From positions 4,402,001-4,466,000 of the forward strand of contig OZ365118.1 in assembly GCA_977030845.1 (NCBI GenBank): a DNA stretch of 64,000 bases. The letters are read 5' to 3'. The notes below the pieces were generated by a model. That model made no database searches. It was not told where the DNA came from and saw only the letters and a program-made list of their open reading frames with translations. Each line of letters opens with the position of its first letter. Position 1 is the first letter of the stretch. The translations under genes and the position numbers were made by a program. Shown here one piece after another: positions 35,401-47,179 of this stretch. Origin of the DNA: Fimbriosthenelais zetlandica. Lineage: Eukaryota.

Positions 35401-38400
35401 GGTCCAGTTTAAAATGGCTGGACCCAGTTTAAAATCGTTACTCAAATTTATATGAGACCTTTGATTTTCGGCCTCCATTGACTTTTGTCAGCTCAGGTTT
35501 CCTTGTTAGTAAGGTAACTTCCGTTTTAGTCTCTAGTTTCCATCTAGTGTTTATCTGGTTGCATTCATTTGAATATCTTTTCTTTATTCTAGTTGCCAGT
35601 GTGAGGGAGCCACAGATAGCTAGTGGATTCCCTACAGTCTTCCCCAGCAGTCCCAAACAGGGAGATGATGTACGAATGGAGTGCTTCGCTTGGGGAACGT
35701 AAGTCCTTTCACTTATTTCCTTCTATATCCTTCTAATCCCCAATAAATTAATTCTTGGGTCATATCAGGATGAAATGTTATTTGTCAAATCAATTATCTT
35801 TCCAGGAATGAGATTGGTAACTTGATGTATGAGTGGAGGAGGGTAGACAAACCTATGCCAGAAAATCATGTCTACGAAGATTACAAACGTGTTCTTAAAA
35901 TCCCCAACGTTAAAATCATCGATGCCGGTACTTACAGGTGTACTGTCACCAGAGTAAATGGTCAGTCCAGCTCCGGTAGTGTCCAACTACCAGTCGATGG
36001 TAAGTGTTTGTGGAGGGGAGGTATATTCGTTGATAAAAATCCCTGCTGATTCTAGGGTTTACCAATGAACAGATTGGCATTGACTCAATATCCAAGCCTC
36101 CAAATAACTTAATAATAGAGATTATATAGCAGTTAGTCCATGTCACTAGGGTATGCTACCTCAGATGTGCTTGCATCAGTAATACAATGAATGAATGAAT
36201 GAATGAATGAATGAATGAATGAATGAATGAATGAATGGTGATTTAAAGCCATGCCAGCTACCATGGCGATATTCATGGCAAATGCATCAGTAACCGTATG
36301 TAAAAGTAAGTATAAGTATGTCTCAAAATTCTAACTGAACCCATAATAAATATATCACATATAAATCTTTCCAGCTGCGCCTTTCTTCACCATCCCACTT
36401 CGCCATGCTCATGTGGACTTGAACGGCGAGCTACGGTGGTTGTGTATTGCTAATGGTAAGCCAGCTCCCACCTACAGATGGTACCGTAACACAACACTGA
36501 TAGAGCCTGACCAACTACCAGCTGAGGACCAGCAGAGAATCATCATACAGAACAATGTCCTCATGATCAGCAACATACAGGAGAGAGATGCTGCCATGTA
36601 TCAGTGTGCTGCTAGTAATCTACATGGTGTCAGATATAGCTCTGCTCAACTCAGGGTGCTCTGTAAGTATACAGTTAACTGTATCAAAGCTCATTGCATA
36701 AAAACATGGCTCATTGCATAACAAAGTAAAGATTTGTTCAAAGAGATCTTAAAGATTTCATTGAGCTTGAGATGATTTCAAAGGGTGTCCACGACCCCTA
36801 AAAATCATGTTGTCCCCAAAGCTTAATCAAAAGGTATGAAAACCTCAATATGGAGGACTCTAGATTGCATACCTATAGATCCAGTTGAAACCAAAAAATG
36901 GGTTTGTAAAAGCCATCGATATCTATTTAGAAGAGGGTCTTTACTGAAAGTTTAGTTCAAGTCTGAGCCACTCAGAAGTTCACTGAAACATTGCTTCTCA
37001 CTTTTTGCAGCGTTTGCGCCCACGTTTGATAAGTACCCCATGCAGCCCACGACTTACGCCACAAAACGTGGAAACGTGACAATCCTGTGTGAACCGGAAG
37101 CTGCTCCACGGGTAGAGAAGGAATGGAAGAAGGACGGGAGGCTGCTGAACCCAGGCCGGGATGAAACCTCACGAGTTCAACTACTCCCCAACGGTAACCT
37201 CCGTATACAAGGGGTTTCTACAAACGATGTGGGCAAATATACATGTGTGGCTACCAATGATAATGGCCGGGCAGAGAGCTCCAGTGAACTCGAAATTCTG
37301 TGTAAGTGTCTTATCTTTCATATTTGTTGCTTTAAAATGTTACTCAGTTCCGTGATGTTGATGGTTTGATTTGTTTTGTGTCCTGAAGCTGATGTCTTCT
37401 GGATGTTTTCCAAAGTGCAGATGTTGGATTCTTGTATAGATGTGTTTTGAATAGTTTCCTAATTTTCTGAAGCTGATATCTTGACTAGTTTCCTGAAGCT
37501 GATGTCTTGGCTAGTTTCCTGAAGCTGATATTGTGGCTAGTTTCCTGAAGCTGATATCTTGGCTAGTTTCCTGAAGCTGATATCTTGACTAGTTTCCTGA
37601 GGCTGATGTCTTGGCTAGTTTCCTGAAGCTGATGTCTTGGCTAGTTTCCTGAAGCTGATATCTTGACTAGTTTCCTGAAGCTGATGTCTTGGCTAGTTTC
37701 CTGAAGCTGATATCTTGGCTAGTTTCCTGAAGCTGATATCTTGGCTAGTTTCCTGAAGCTGATGTCTTGGCTAGTTTCCTGAAGCTGATGTCTTGGCTAG
37801 TTTCCTGAAGCTGATATCTTGGCTAGTTTCCTGAAGCTGATATCTTGGCTAGTTTCCTGAAGCTGATATCTTGACTAGTTTCCTGAGGCTGATGTCTTAG
37901 CTAGTTTCCTGAAGCTGATGTCTTGGCTAGTTTCCTGAAGCTGTTGTCTTTATTAGCATTCTGAAGTTGATCTCTTGTTTTTTCAGCCTCGACCACCATC
38001 AGCCATTTCCCACGTAACACCGTTGTCCAGTTGAATCACACGGCCTTCCTGCCCTGTCAGGCATCCTACAACCCTCTCCTCGACCTCACCTACCTCTGGT
38101 TCCACAATGGCCGCCAGATCGACTTCATCCGCATCCGCTCCATCAGCAACGAAGTCTACATAGAAAACAACAGGTACTACTCCCGTGGTACTGGTATCAA
38201 CAGAGGCGGTCTCTACATAGAAAGCGCCAAGTTTGAGATGGCTGGGGAGTATACCTGTGTGGCAAGAACAGCCTCTGATCGGATCAGTCGATCAGCAACC
38301 CTCAGGGTGATTGGACCACCTGGAATGCCTGCTGGTATATTCGGTGGCAGCGTTGAAGCCACTAGTATGGTCATAGCATGGGTGGATGGAGAAGACAATG

Positions 38401-40945
38401 GTCGACCGATCACATCATATATAGTTGAAGGATACAGTAATCATGAGAAAGTATGGAGAGAGATGAAAGGAAACATCAAGGGAGCCGACATGGAAGCTCA
38501 GAGGACACTGATAAAGGGGCTGTCACCCTGGACGGAGTATAAGTTCCGTATCAGAGCTGAGAATTCACTAGGTATTGGTGAACCAAGCAGAGAGTCTGAA
38601 CTCTATACTACAGATGAGATGACACCACAGGTGGTACCAGAGAATGTGGGCGGCGGTGGGGGGAAAGTGGGCGATCTGGTCATTACCTGGGATCCTGTAC
38701 CTCCAATTGATCAGAATGGAAGGGATGTCTACTACATGGTCTATTGGAAGAAGAGATTCGTCATCGATGAGGAATGGTCATCGGTAGGTGGAACTATCTC
38801 CTGAGATTTGTTTTCTCTGCTTTTGTTTTATGCTTTCAAGATATCCTTGGTCATGTAGTTTTAAAATGGCAATGACCTTGGTCATGTAGTTATAAAATGG
38901 CAATGACCTTGGTCATGTAGTTATAAAATGGCAATGACCTTGGTCATGTAGTTTTGAAATGACTCATAACCTTGGCCATGTAGGTATAAAATGGCAATGG
39001 GCTTGAGGATGTACTTGTAGTTATAAAATGTTTCTATTTGCCTCAGGTAAGAGTGGACGGAGCAGAGAGCCACAGGAAGGTGGTCTTGGTGGGTCAGAAT
39101 AACTACTTTAGCCCTTACGATGTGAAGGTGCGGGTAGGCAATAGGAAAGGCCTGGGTATAGACACCACAAAGGAGAACCCATTCACATCTATCATGTCTG
39201 CTGAAGACAGTAAGTATATCATTTATCTTTGGGATATCCTTTTCCATTTTCCTTCCGTGTATATTTTCCTTTTCCATTGTCCTTCTTTTGATTTACAATA
39301 ATGCATTCCTAGGTTTGTTAATGCCATGTTAGGTCTATGGGAAGAAACGGGCTCCATTTGAGCTTAACATTAAATACAAATATAGATGTTGAATATAATG
39401 TTTTATAATTATTTCCTTTCAGTTCCTATCGGTGTGGCTACTAATGTCAGGTCATACTCGTATAACGCTACGGCGCTAATTGTAAGGTGGAATCCAGTTC
39501 CAGACACAAGAGAAACTATCAAGGGCAACCTGCTAGGCTACAGGGTAAGACTACTTGGTCCTAGCTTACTTATCCTTAAACTTCAGTGGGATTCTCGCAG
39601 ATCTCACTGCCATCTTTTAGTCATTGTTGTAAGCAATATTCCTGATAGCATTAATGTGTTTTTTTTTTACAGATTAACTATTGGAAGGAGGATGGCGAGG
39701 ATGAGACCATGTCTATATATAATGTCATAGCTGGGCAGGCAGAGAATGGACTGGTCATAGGACTGGAGCATCATAAATACTACTATGTCAACGTGCAAGT
39801 GTTTAACAGTGCTGGAAATGGTCCTAAATCACAGGATTACCTCGAGGAAACTCTCAGATCTGGTGAGCTTTTCTCTGTGTTGATTTCTCAATGAATTCAG
39901 GATTTCATTCAATGGATTCAAATCACTGAACTGAATTTATGAATGGATGTGTATTGTCTTTCAGCACCTAAGAACCAGCCTACTGAAGTACGAGTGAAGG
40001 TTGTGGATCATGATTCTATAGAGGTTGATTGGAGGGGTGTGAGTACTGGGATAGAAGAGGAACCACTCCAGGGTTACATGGTAAGTGTCATTGCTAGCTC
40101 TGCTCATTAGAGCTGAATGGATTCGTACAAAATGCTTTAAATTGTACTTGCACCATCTTTATGGAATTCAATTTAGAATTCAACGAATTCGAACTACTTA
40201 CCCTTGTCTCATGACAGTCTAATAATGACGGAAAACTTAAAGCTTTCCTGGCCCAAACAATTCAAATTACATTTTCAAGATCTTTTAAAAAAATCCTTAA
40301 TTTCCTCTCATGAATGTCTAATCATGACGGAAAACTGAAAGCTTTCCTGACCCCAAAAATTCATATTACATTTTCAAGATCTTTTAATAAATGCGTCAGT
40401 AGGTCTAAATTATCCCTTTCTGTGACAGGTGAGGATTTGGAGGTTGGGAGAATCCATCTACCACCCTACAGATTACGACTCATCTAAGAAGACGCATTAC
40501 GTCATAGACAACCTGGAGCAGTATGTCTACTATAACCTCCGTGTGTACGGGTATAGCCGTGGAGGGGAGGGTCTCATGAGCTCTCCAACCATACAGTTCG
40601 TGCTCGGCGAGTCCTGCCAAATTTTAGAAAGTAAGTATCTTCTATAACTCATCTGCCAGGGTGGATTCAGGGGAAAAGGAGCTATTCTTAGGGCTAACTA
40701 AGATCACTCCTACCTCTTGGATCTGCCCCATTTGCGTAATTCTTTATATTATGGAATTTTAAAGTATGTTTTTTAATAAAAATACATTAAGATTATGGTA
40801 TGAATGAGATGAAAATAAATATGTTTTTTTCTTCACAGCTTCGCCAGACCGGCGTTTTGTCTATGCCTGTGATGGTTGTATGATTAAGAGCTCTATCATG
40901 CTCCTCCTAGCTTCCTTTATACTTCATCTACTCACCAAATTATAG
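32494..40945 (+). CDS. Cont: Invertebrate-type contactin: signal peptide, C-type lectin-like domain, 6 Ig domains, 4 FN3 domains, GPI-anchor signal; about 1252 aa
   Basis: 19 exons: 32494-32572, 32757-32848, 33014-33099, 33316-33476, 33649-33759, 33902-34083, 34529-34781, 35108-35326, 35593-35698, 35806-35999, 36375-36662, 37011-37301, 37987-38783, 39047-39209, 39423-39544, 39673-39862, 39965-40080, 40429-40630, 40839-40945. Ig motifs (DNGDYQC, DEGEYYC, DAGTYRC, DAAMYQC, DVGKYTC, MAGEYTC) and FN3 motifs (LSPWTEYKFRIRAEN, YNLRVYGYSRGGEG). Hydrophobic C-terminal IMLLLASFILHLL with no cytoplasmic tail. Confidence 0.92.
36186..36236. repeat. (AATG)n microsatellite in a contactin intron
   Basis: About 12 copies of aatg. 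Confidence 0.9.
37469..37950. repeat. Minisatellite, about 18 copies of a 26-bp unit, in a contactin intron
   Basis: Unit gaagctgat(a/g)tcttg(g/a)ctagtttcct, head-to-tail with no spacers. Confidence 0.95.
38845..39030. repeat. Minisatellite, about 6 copies of a 31-bp unit, in a contactin intron
   Basis: Unit aatgaccttggtcatgtagttataaaatggc with variants. Confidence 0.85.
40208..40391. repeat. Diverged intronic direct duplication (period about 101 bp)
   Basis: tcatga..gtctaat.atgacggaaaact.aaagctttcctg...ttacattttcaagatcttttaa occurs twice. Confidence 0.8.
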
Positions 40946-42077
40946 TCCAACAGGTACGTTCAAAGATTATATTTACATCTGATTTACAATCTCATACCAA
41001 ATTAGAAATTATGGAGTAGCTGCTTTGACTTGAACATTTTCTACTATTCAATCAGTAAATGCAGCAAACAATTGCTGAACAAACAAGGTAACCAAGACAA
41101 TTGTAATTTGGTCGCCTGATGTGACTATAACTAAGTTTGGGTCTGTTTTTTTTGTCAGGATTCTTGTTGAAGTGGACCACAGTTTTCCCTGCCATTGCTT
41201 CAACCTTGACCTCAAATAGAGGAGGAGAAATAGCCTCAAGTGACCTTGACCCATTCCAGCCTCTTTCTTTACCTTGTGTACATAGATATATCTCTACATC
41301 ATATCAGGACATTCCAGTGATAGTGACTATTCACCGAAATGTAATTTTAATGTAATTTTTATACAGGAATAATCAGGAAGCACACTTGTTGCTTCCTATC
41401 AGTTATTTTATGTTTTTTCATGTAATACTCGCTCGCTATGTGAAATATTTCTTACTAATTGTGCTGCAGGCACAGAAGGGGAGATTAAATATATTTGAAG
41501 AAAATTTGTATATGTAGGCCTATGGCTAATGCTTAATAAATATGTAAATAGGTTATTTTTATCATCAGGACCACTCGTGCCTGCTTAGAAAGGTGGAAAA
41601 ACTTCATTGAATACAACATTATTATGTATCAACTACAGGCTTGAATAGTGTCCTCTGTGAAACATAAGATCAGCTTTTTTATTTTGTGACTGAGATCAAA
41701 ATGAAAGCAAATGCTCAGTTACATATTCCAATGCCATCTGCATGTACTCATGACCTTTTCAAAGGTTATTCCGCCAATATGTACATACCTTCCCTTCAAG
41801 TAAGCTTAGTTCTATCGAATTTCTATTTTGAAACATTTTCTGGATATTCTGTAAAGTGGGGGTGGGATCGATTATACTTTCTGAAAAATGTATATTGCCC
41901 AGGAAGAGAATTTTAATGTAATTTCTTTTTAACAGTTCTATGCGGGAGGGGAATGAGATTAGAATTGAGCGGAAGCAACCATAGGAGTTCACAGTATTGA
42001 TAATGTCATTCATTTGTTGCCTAATTATGCAAACTAGAATGTAAATACTGATGTATTAAGAGTAAAAGGATTGGTAT

Positions 42078-42626
42078 GTTGCCATAGAGATAGATATAGC
42101 GGAAGTCTTTCTTTTCCGTTTACTGGTTTAATTTTAAAATCTGCCTTGTATGGCTGCTTGTAAATATGAATACAATGCTAATATGTTACAGAGGGCTACC
42201 TTAAAACCGCCATTATAGCAGGGATAGCCTCCGTCCTTAAGGCTAAATGCAGTACAAATAATAGAAGCATTTTGGTTCAGATCGAAGACATATTTTTGTA
42301 CAAATTGAATTTCATCTTTTAATCTGTTACGTATTGGGATGGATCAAAATGCGAGTTATTCTGCACGATTTTAACTTGAAATGCCATGTTTTAACATTCC
42401 ATTAAATTTATCTGCCAGAAAAACTCGGAAATAAAATATATAAAAGACATATTTTACTGTTTGTTCTCAGTAGCCATCCCACGCACTTAAATGTTAATTG
42501 ATTAGGTAAGTCCACAATTAACTACAAATTTCTTCGGCCACTGCTGGGGGTCTTTTCGGGTTTGTTAAGAAGGCAGTCTTCTGAGACAGAGTCCGTATCC
42601 TTGGTTACCATGGCAAGTATATAAAA
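42078..42626 (+). promoter_or_regulatory. Putative promoter of the 7TM gene: two X-boxes and a TATA box
   Basis: GTTGCCATAGAGAT at 42078-42091 (reverse complement ATCTCTATGGCAAC). GTTACCATGGCAAG at 42604-42617, directly followed by TATATAAAA at 42618-42626. No ATG between the TATA box and 42784. Confidence 0.55.
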
Positions 42627-42783
42627 CCTTCCCTAGTACCTGGAGAGTAGCAGGCACTTGCTTCATTTGACTTGGTATTTTCAAACATCAAACTCAGAAA
42701 TTAGCATCGATCATCATTTGCCTGGTACTTTGATCGTTTATATCAGACAGAATCTTTTGGCATCTTACACATTACATTACAAG

Positions 42784-44425
42784 ATGGACAATTGCACCTT
42801 CAGTGCCAATCTCACCAACAGTTCTTCCTCTGACTGTGGAACTCGGATTCTAACACCAACTCAAGTTAACAAGTATTTTCATTATGACGAACTCTATCTC
42901 ATGGTATTGGTGCTGATGTGCCTGGTGCTTACTCTGGTGCTCACTCTGGTGCACCTAATGAAGGTGCTACTAGGCTGCACCAGCAGTTTAAGGCAGGTCA
43001 ACTATCAAACAAACTGCATCAGAAGGTGCGCTGGGAGTTTCATCCCTCCAGTTCTTGCCTTCCTCTGTCAGCTGAGTATCTTACTCATTGTAAGGTGTCG
43101 GCTTAGCAGCATGGACTCATCAACGATAGCAAAAACCGCCCAAGGTACAGTTCTCACTCATCTATTCCTTCAGTTTCCACATTTTAAAGCATTTCTGTGT
43201 CATTGGGGATAGGGGGTAACCTAAAGTAACATATCAACGCCTCCTACTACTCTTTCAAAAACCAAACTTTTCGAACCACATATCTGACCATTTAAACTCA
43301 TTTACTTTGAAAATTGAAATTTGATCTTCGTTGAGCTTGGGTGTTCCAGAGAATTTCTGTAACTTCCAAATTTCCCTTGACAGGTAACTATATGGGTATA
43401 TTCCTTTAATTTCAGGAGGCCTGCTTCATTTTGCAATGTTCAGCCTATTGGCAATCAACGTTCTACCTTGTGCCTACCAGTCTAATCTGGACAACCCGGT
43501 ACTGGGTGGTGAGGCGAGTATGGTCAGCCATCTTGTTTACCTACTCCTTGCCTTTATCATGTCAGTCATACTGACCACTTTCCACCACATCCAGGGTGTC
43601 CAGTCCCTGGAGGAACACTGCTGGTCATCTAATTCCCCTCCTATTGGGATCATACCTCTTGTTGTTCTCATTATATTGCTACTTGTAGTTGTGATGCAGA
43701 GCTTTAAGGTTATCTTTGGTGATGTTAGTGTGGCTGATGTCAACGCCCCCAGTAAAGGCCCTATCAGGGTCAAGGTATGTGCCAACATGCTGGTTGCCTT
43801 GATATTTGGCCTGCCTTTCGCGCTCACCTATCTTTCCCTCCTGATCTACCCCCAAAATACAACCTTAGAAACGATCAGTGGGAGTCTCTTATGCATCTAC
43901 AGCCTTCTCTTGGCGGCTCTGCCTGAAATTTCATGGCTGGTGCATTTGATGACATTTGAGAAGAAGAGTGAAATTGCTGCAGGTGCTATACCAAGTGCAC
44001 CTGAGGCTGCCCCAGGTGCAGGTGCCGCACCAGACAGGGCTTCAACAACCAATATCCAGTTTGACCATGAGGTGCGTTTAGTTGCCGAGTATTCCCCTGG
44101 TAAAAGAATTGTGGATGACCCCTCCATTGTAGCTAGCTGGAGAGCTTCAAGATCAACGACCAGCCCAACATGGACCATTCAAAGCAAGGTGACGGACATA
44201 CCACCCCTAGAAGATCACTCAATGAGAAGGCAGAGCAGGAACTCAACACAAACAAAGAAGATGTCACAGATGAGTGTGGCATCAGATAGTTCCCTACTGA
44301 TTCTCCAGTCACTCCGACGACTGACTAATATCAGGAAGCCCTCCTTTCTTCCACCCAGGGCTGCTAACCCAACTCCCTTCAGAGCTGAGGCCAGCCTAAC
44401 TAGCAACAAAGGTATGGGACTTTAA
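42784..44425 (+). CDS. Divergent seven-transmembrane protein, class B (secretin/adhesion)-like 7TM fold with a very short N-terminus; 456 aa
   Basis: Exons 42784-43144 and 43416-44425 join in phase 1 (AAG|gtacag ... tttcag|GA). Seven hydrophobic segments, an N-glycosylated N-terminus (NCT, NLT, NSS), a TM3-like GLLHFAMF, an ECL2 HCW, a TM5 IIPLVVL and a long S/T/R-rich C-tail. Confidence 0.7.
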
Positions 44426-45400
44426 GCTTTATAATTAAGACAGATCTAAATCATATAATTAAAGCAAGTATCCATTTTCTGAATATTTTTCTCTTGTCAA
44501 AAATACTTATTGCAAATAATTGCAAAAGGGTACAAGGGTACAGTTTCCTGCTGGGCTGCAGGAGTTTGTAATATGGATATCCCCAACTTCTGACATTATT
44601 AATGACGAAAAGAAACTGAAACATTATCTTCTTTTCAGATGTTACAACTAACAATCCAGGGGAAGGTAATATCAAAACTTGCTGGGTACTCCCTTATGAA
44701 GTTACTTCAGTTGTCTAAACAACCCACGGGACAATTCTCATCGAAAAGACTATGAATATTAAAACTGTTAAAAACCCATAACCATCATAGGTATTTATTT
44801 ATTGGTACCGTTCAGCAGAATTCAATAGAGACGTATAAAGAGGCATTGAAGCCAATGTAGAGACGTATATATAGAAACGTCTTTGTTATGAAGATTTGAC
44901 CAACTTATCTGCCAGAAGTCAGGAATTAACTGAACTAGAGTTAGTAACATGGACAAACTGAAATAAATGTATGTTTTGGGTAGCAGTTATATGGTGAATA
45001 ATAAAGCCTTCCCTCAGAACTGTTTACTATAACTGAATGTGTAAATCATGTTTGGCAAACCGAAGTATATAATACGTTGTATAATGAAATATTCTTGAGC
45101 AATAGATAATGAAATATATATATTGAATGGAATATATAATAGAATAAATATATTGTTGTATCTGTAATATACAATGGAAGAATATAATACCATCTCAATC
45201 GATGATCAATATATAATAATCATAAATAGAAGATAAATATAGGCAGCCATCAATAGAGGTATTGTGATAATAAGTCTGTGAGATTAATGTTATAAAGTCT
45301 AAGCTTCTGCTACAATCATGAATAAATTGGAACTGGCACAGATACACCTCAAAGGTGGTACTGTTGAGTGTGCACCCTCAACTTTGTTGATTTCAAATAG

Positions 45401-47179
45401 TTATATTTTTGAATGTACAGGTGATGAGTCTTCATGAAGGAATTTAAAGGTCATGTTACGAATGGTAGTATTACCGCCATATTTGAGCAGCTCAGAGTCA
45501 GAAGGGCAAGCCACTGAGAGCTTGCTGTGCGGTGTCATGTCAGATCTTGAAAAATTACTCAAACTCGTCGCTGAGGGCAATCGTGAGCCCTTCTTTGGCT
45601 GAAGACGTACGAAATAATAATCCTTGATTTGCCTCTCTCGGTCGTGTTTGTATGAATCGAGGCCGTCACAGAAGTGTTGTATTTTCATCTTAAACTCAGC
45701 AGACTTGACGCGCTCTCGTTGGAGGGTGAAGGATCGGAGTGACTGAGGTCGGGAAGTCTGGCGAGAGAGAAGATCGAGAGATTGTTGCGGAGTAGACAGG
45801 AGTGAAGAAGATGGGGGAGGAGCGGTTTGAAGTTCCTCCATACCCTGTGCAGTTTCAGCAGGGAAGGTGGGAGGGAGGGGAGGGTTATCCTTCACTATAC
45901 TAGTCACATCTTCTGACGCTTCCTTCTGATCATCAAGGACCGGATGGAACAAGCTTTTTGTATGCAGTTCATGAGCTGTTTTGGGCCTTAGCGTCAGGGA
46001 AGCTGTGCTACTTCCAATCACAGTCTTGGTCTTCCCAGTATCAGAAACTACTTCACTGTCTCTTTGTCCAACTGACAAATTGACTTCATCAATCTTGGCG
46101 AGTTTGGGAACTATCGGAGTTTCGTGTCGAGGTTTCTTAGGTTGACCTTTGAGGATTTTGAGGGCTGCGATTTCTGACTCTTGCTGATGGAGGACTCTGT
46201 TGGTTTGAGGTACAGCTGGGGAGATCAAGACGCCAGAGTTGTTCACTTTCTCTCTCTTGTTGAGAGCTCTGGGCAGGGCTGACATGGGTTTAGCCCTGCT
46301 GGAGATGACCTTGATTTTCTGACGTGGTTTGTGTCGAGTGGGTGATCTAGGCTCGGTTCCATCAGTCTGGTCTGCCACCATCTGTATACCATCAGAATGA
46401 TGGTTAAATTGTCCATCATTTCCAACAATCATCCGTGCACTGTTTCCTAATGGTGTCTTCCTTACATTATTAGTTAAAGATGTAATTTCAATCTCACTTT
46501 GTGGTGACCTAAAGCTTTGCTTGCTCGCTCCTTCGGATCTACCATCTTGTGGTCTTACGTCATTGGCAGTTTGTCTTGCTTTCACTTTGACTCGAATACT
46601 CCCAGCAGAATGGCCCCTGCCATCATGTACCTTGCTACTTGGTGTACTGGAGAGAGGTCTCAGTCTCAGACCTGCAGAATTCACACCACTGCTGGTCGCT
46701 ACTGGTTTGATCTTTACTTTAGCCACAGGGGGCGCAGCAAAGGAACTTGTTAATGAGGGCAGTTGTTTCGGTTTGGCTTCTGGCGTTCCCACTAACAATT
46801 CCTTATAGGGTTTCCTTATAGGGGCACTCCTGAAGGCTAAACTTCCTTCTTTCCATATTTTAGCTAGCTGAGCATCGGCTGCCCTGACTTCAGCCGCCCC
46901 GGGTGGGGGGTTGGTGGGAGATGTGGAGGTGGCCCTCAATTGTCTTTCGGTCGCCCTGTCACCCACGATTCTGGCGTGGGAGATGTTGGACTGAGCAACT
47001 TTACGGTGGAAGCGGCGACAGAGAATCTTCTGATGGCTTGATATTGTACTTATTACCGCCTTCTCTCCTCGCTCGAGATTCCGAAGGTTGCGGTCCAATA
47101 TAAGGTTTTCTTTAGAATTGGCAAAGAAAACCCTGGAAAACTTTTCAGCTGCAGCAATGTCTTCCTTCTTCTGAGCCAT
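45401..47179 (-). CDS. Uncharacterised 592-aa protein with a single coding exon; predicted helical N-terminus and a largely disordered basic S/P/K/R-rich middle
   Basis: 1779-bp stop-free ORF in AT-rich DNA, ATG in good context (ATC ATG G), and a plausible upstream acceptor. By eye, the N-terminal FANSKENLILDRNLRNLE...HQKILCRRF loosely resembles the CCDC190-type N-terminal motif (unverified). Confidence 0.75.
   Translation of the reverse strand: MAQKKEDIAAAEKFSRVFFANSKENLILDRNLRNLERGEKAVISTISSHQKILCRRFHRKVAQSNISHARIVGDRATERQLRATSTSPTNPPPGAAEVRAADAQLAKIWKEGSLAFRSAPIRKPYKELLVGTPEAKPKQLPSLTSSFAAPPVAKVKIKPVATSSGVNSAGLRLRPLSSTPSSKVHDGRGHSAGSIRVKVKARQTANDVRPQDGRSEGASKQSFRSPQSEIEITSLTNNVRKTPLGNSARMIVGNDGQFNHHSDGIQMVADQTDGTEPRSPTRHKPRQKIKVISSRAKPMSALPRALNKREKVNNSGVLISPAVPQTNRVLHQQESEIAALKILKGQPKKPRHETPIVPKLAKIDEVNLSVGQRDSEVVSDTGKTKTVIGSSTASLTLRPKTAHELHTKSLFHPVLDDQKEASEDVTSIVKDNPPLPPTFPAETAQGMEELQTAPPPSSSLLSTPQQSLDLLSRQTSRPQSLRSFTLQRERVKSAEFKMKIQHFCDGLDSYKHDRERQIKDYYFVRLQPKKGSRLPSATSLSNFSRSDMTPHSKLSVACPSDSELLKYGGNTTIRNMTFKFLHEDSSPVHSKI

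Noticed and set aside
37469-39030. 26-bp and 31-bp repeats as CRISPR arrays
   Set aside because: The units are directly head-to-tail with no unique spacers, lie within introns of a eukaryotic gene, and have no cas genes nearby.
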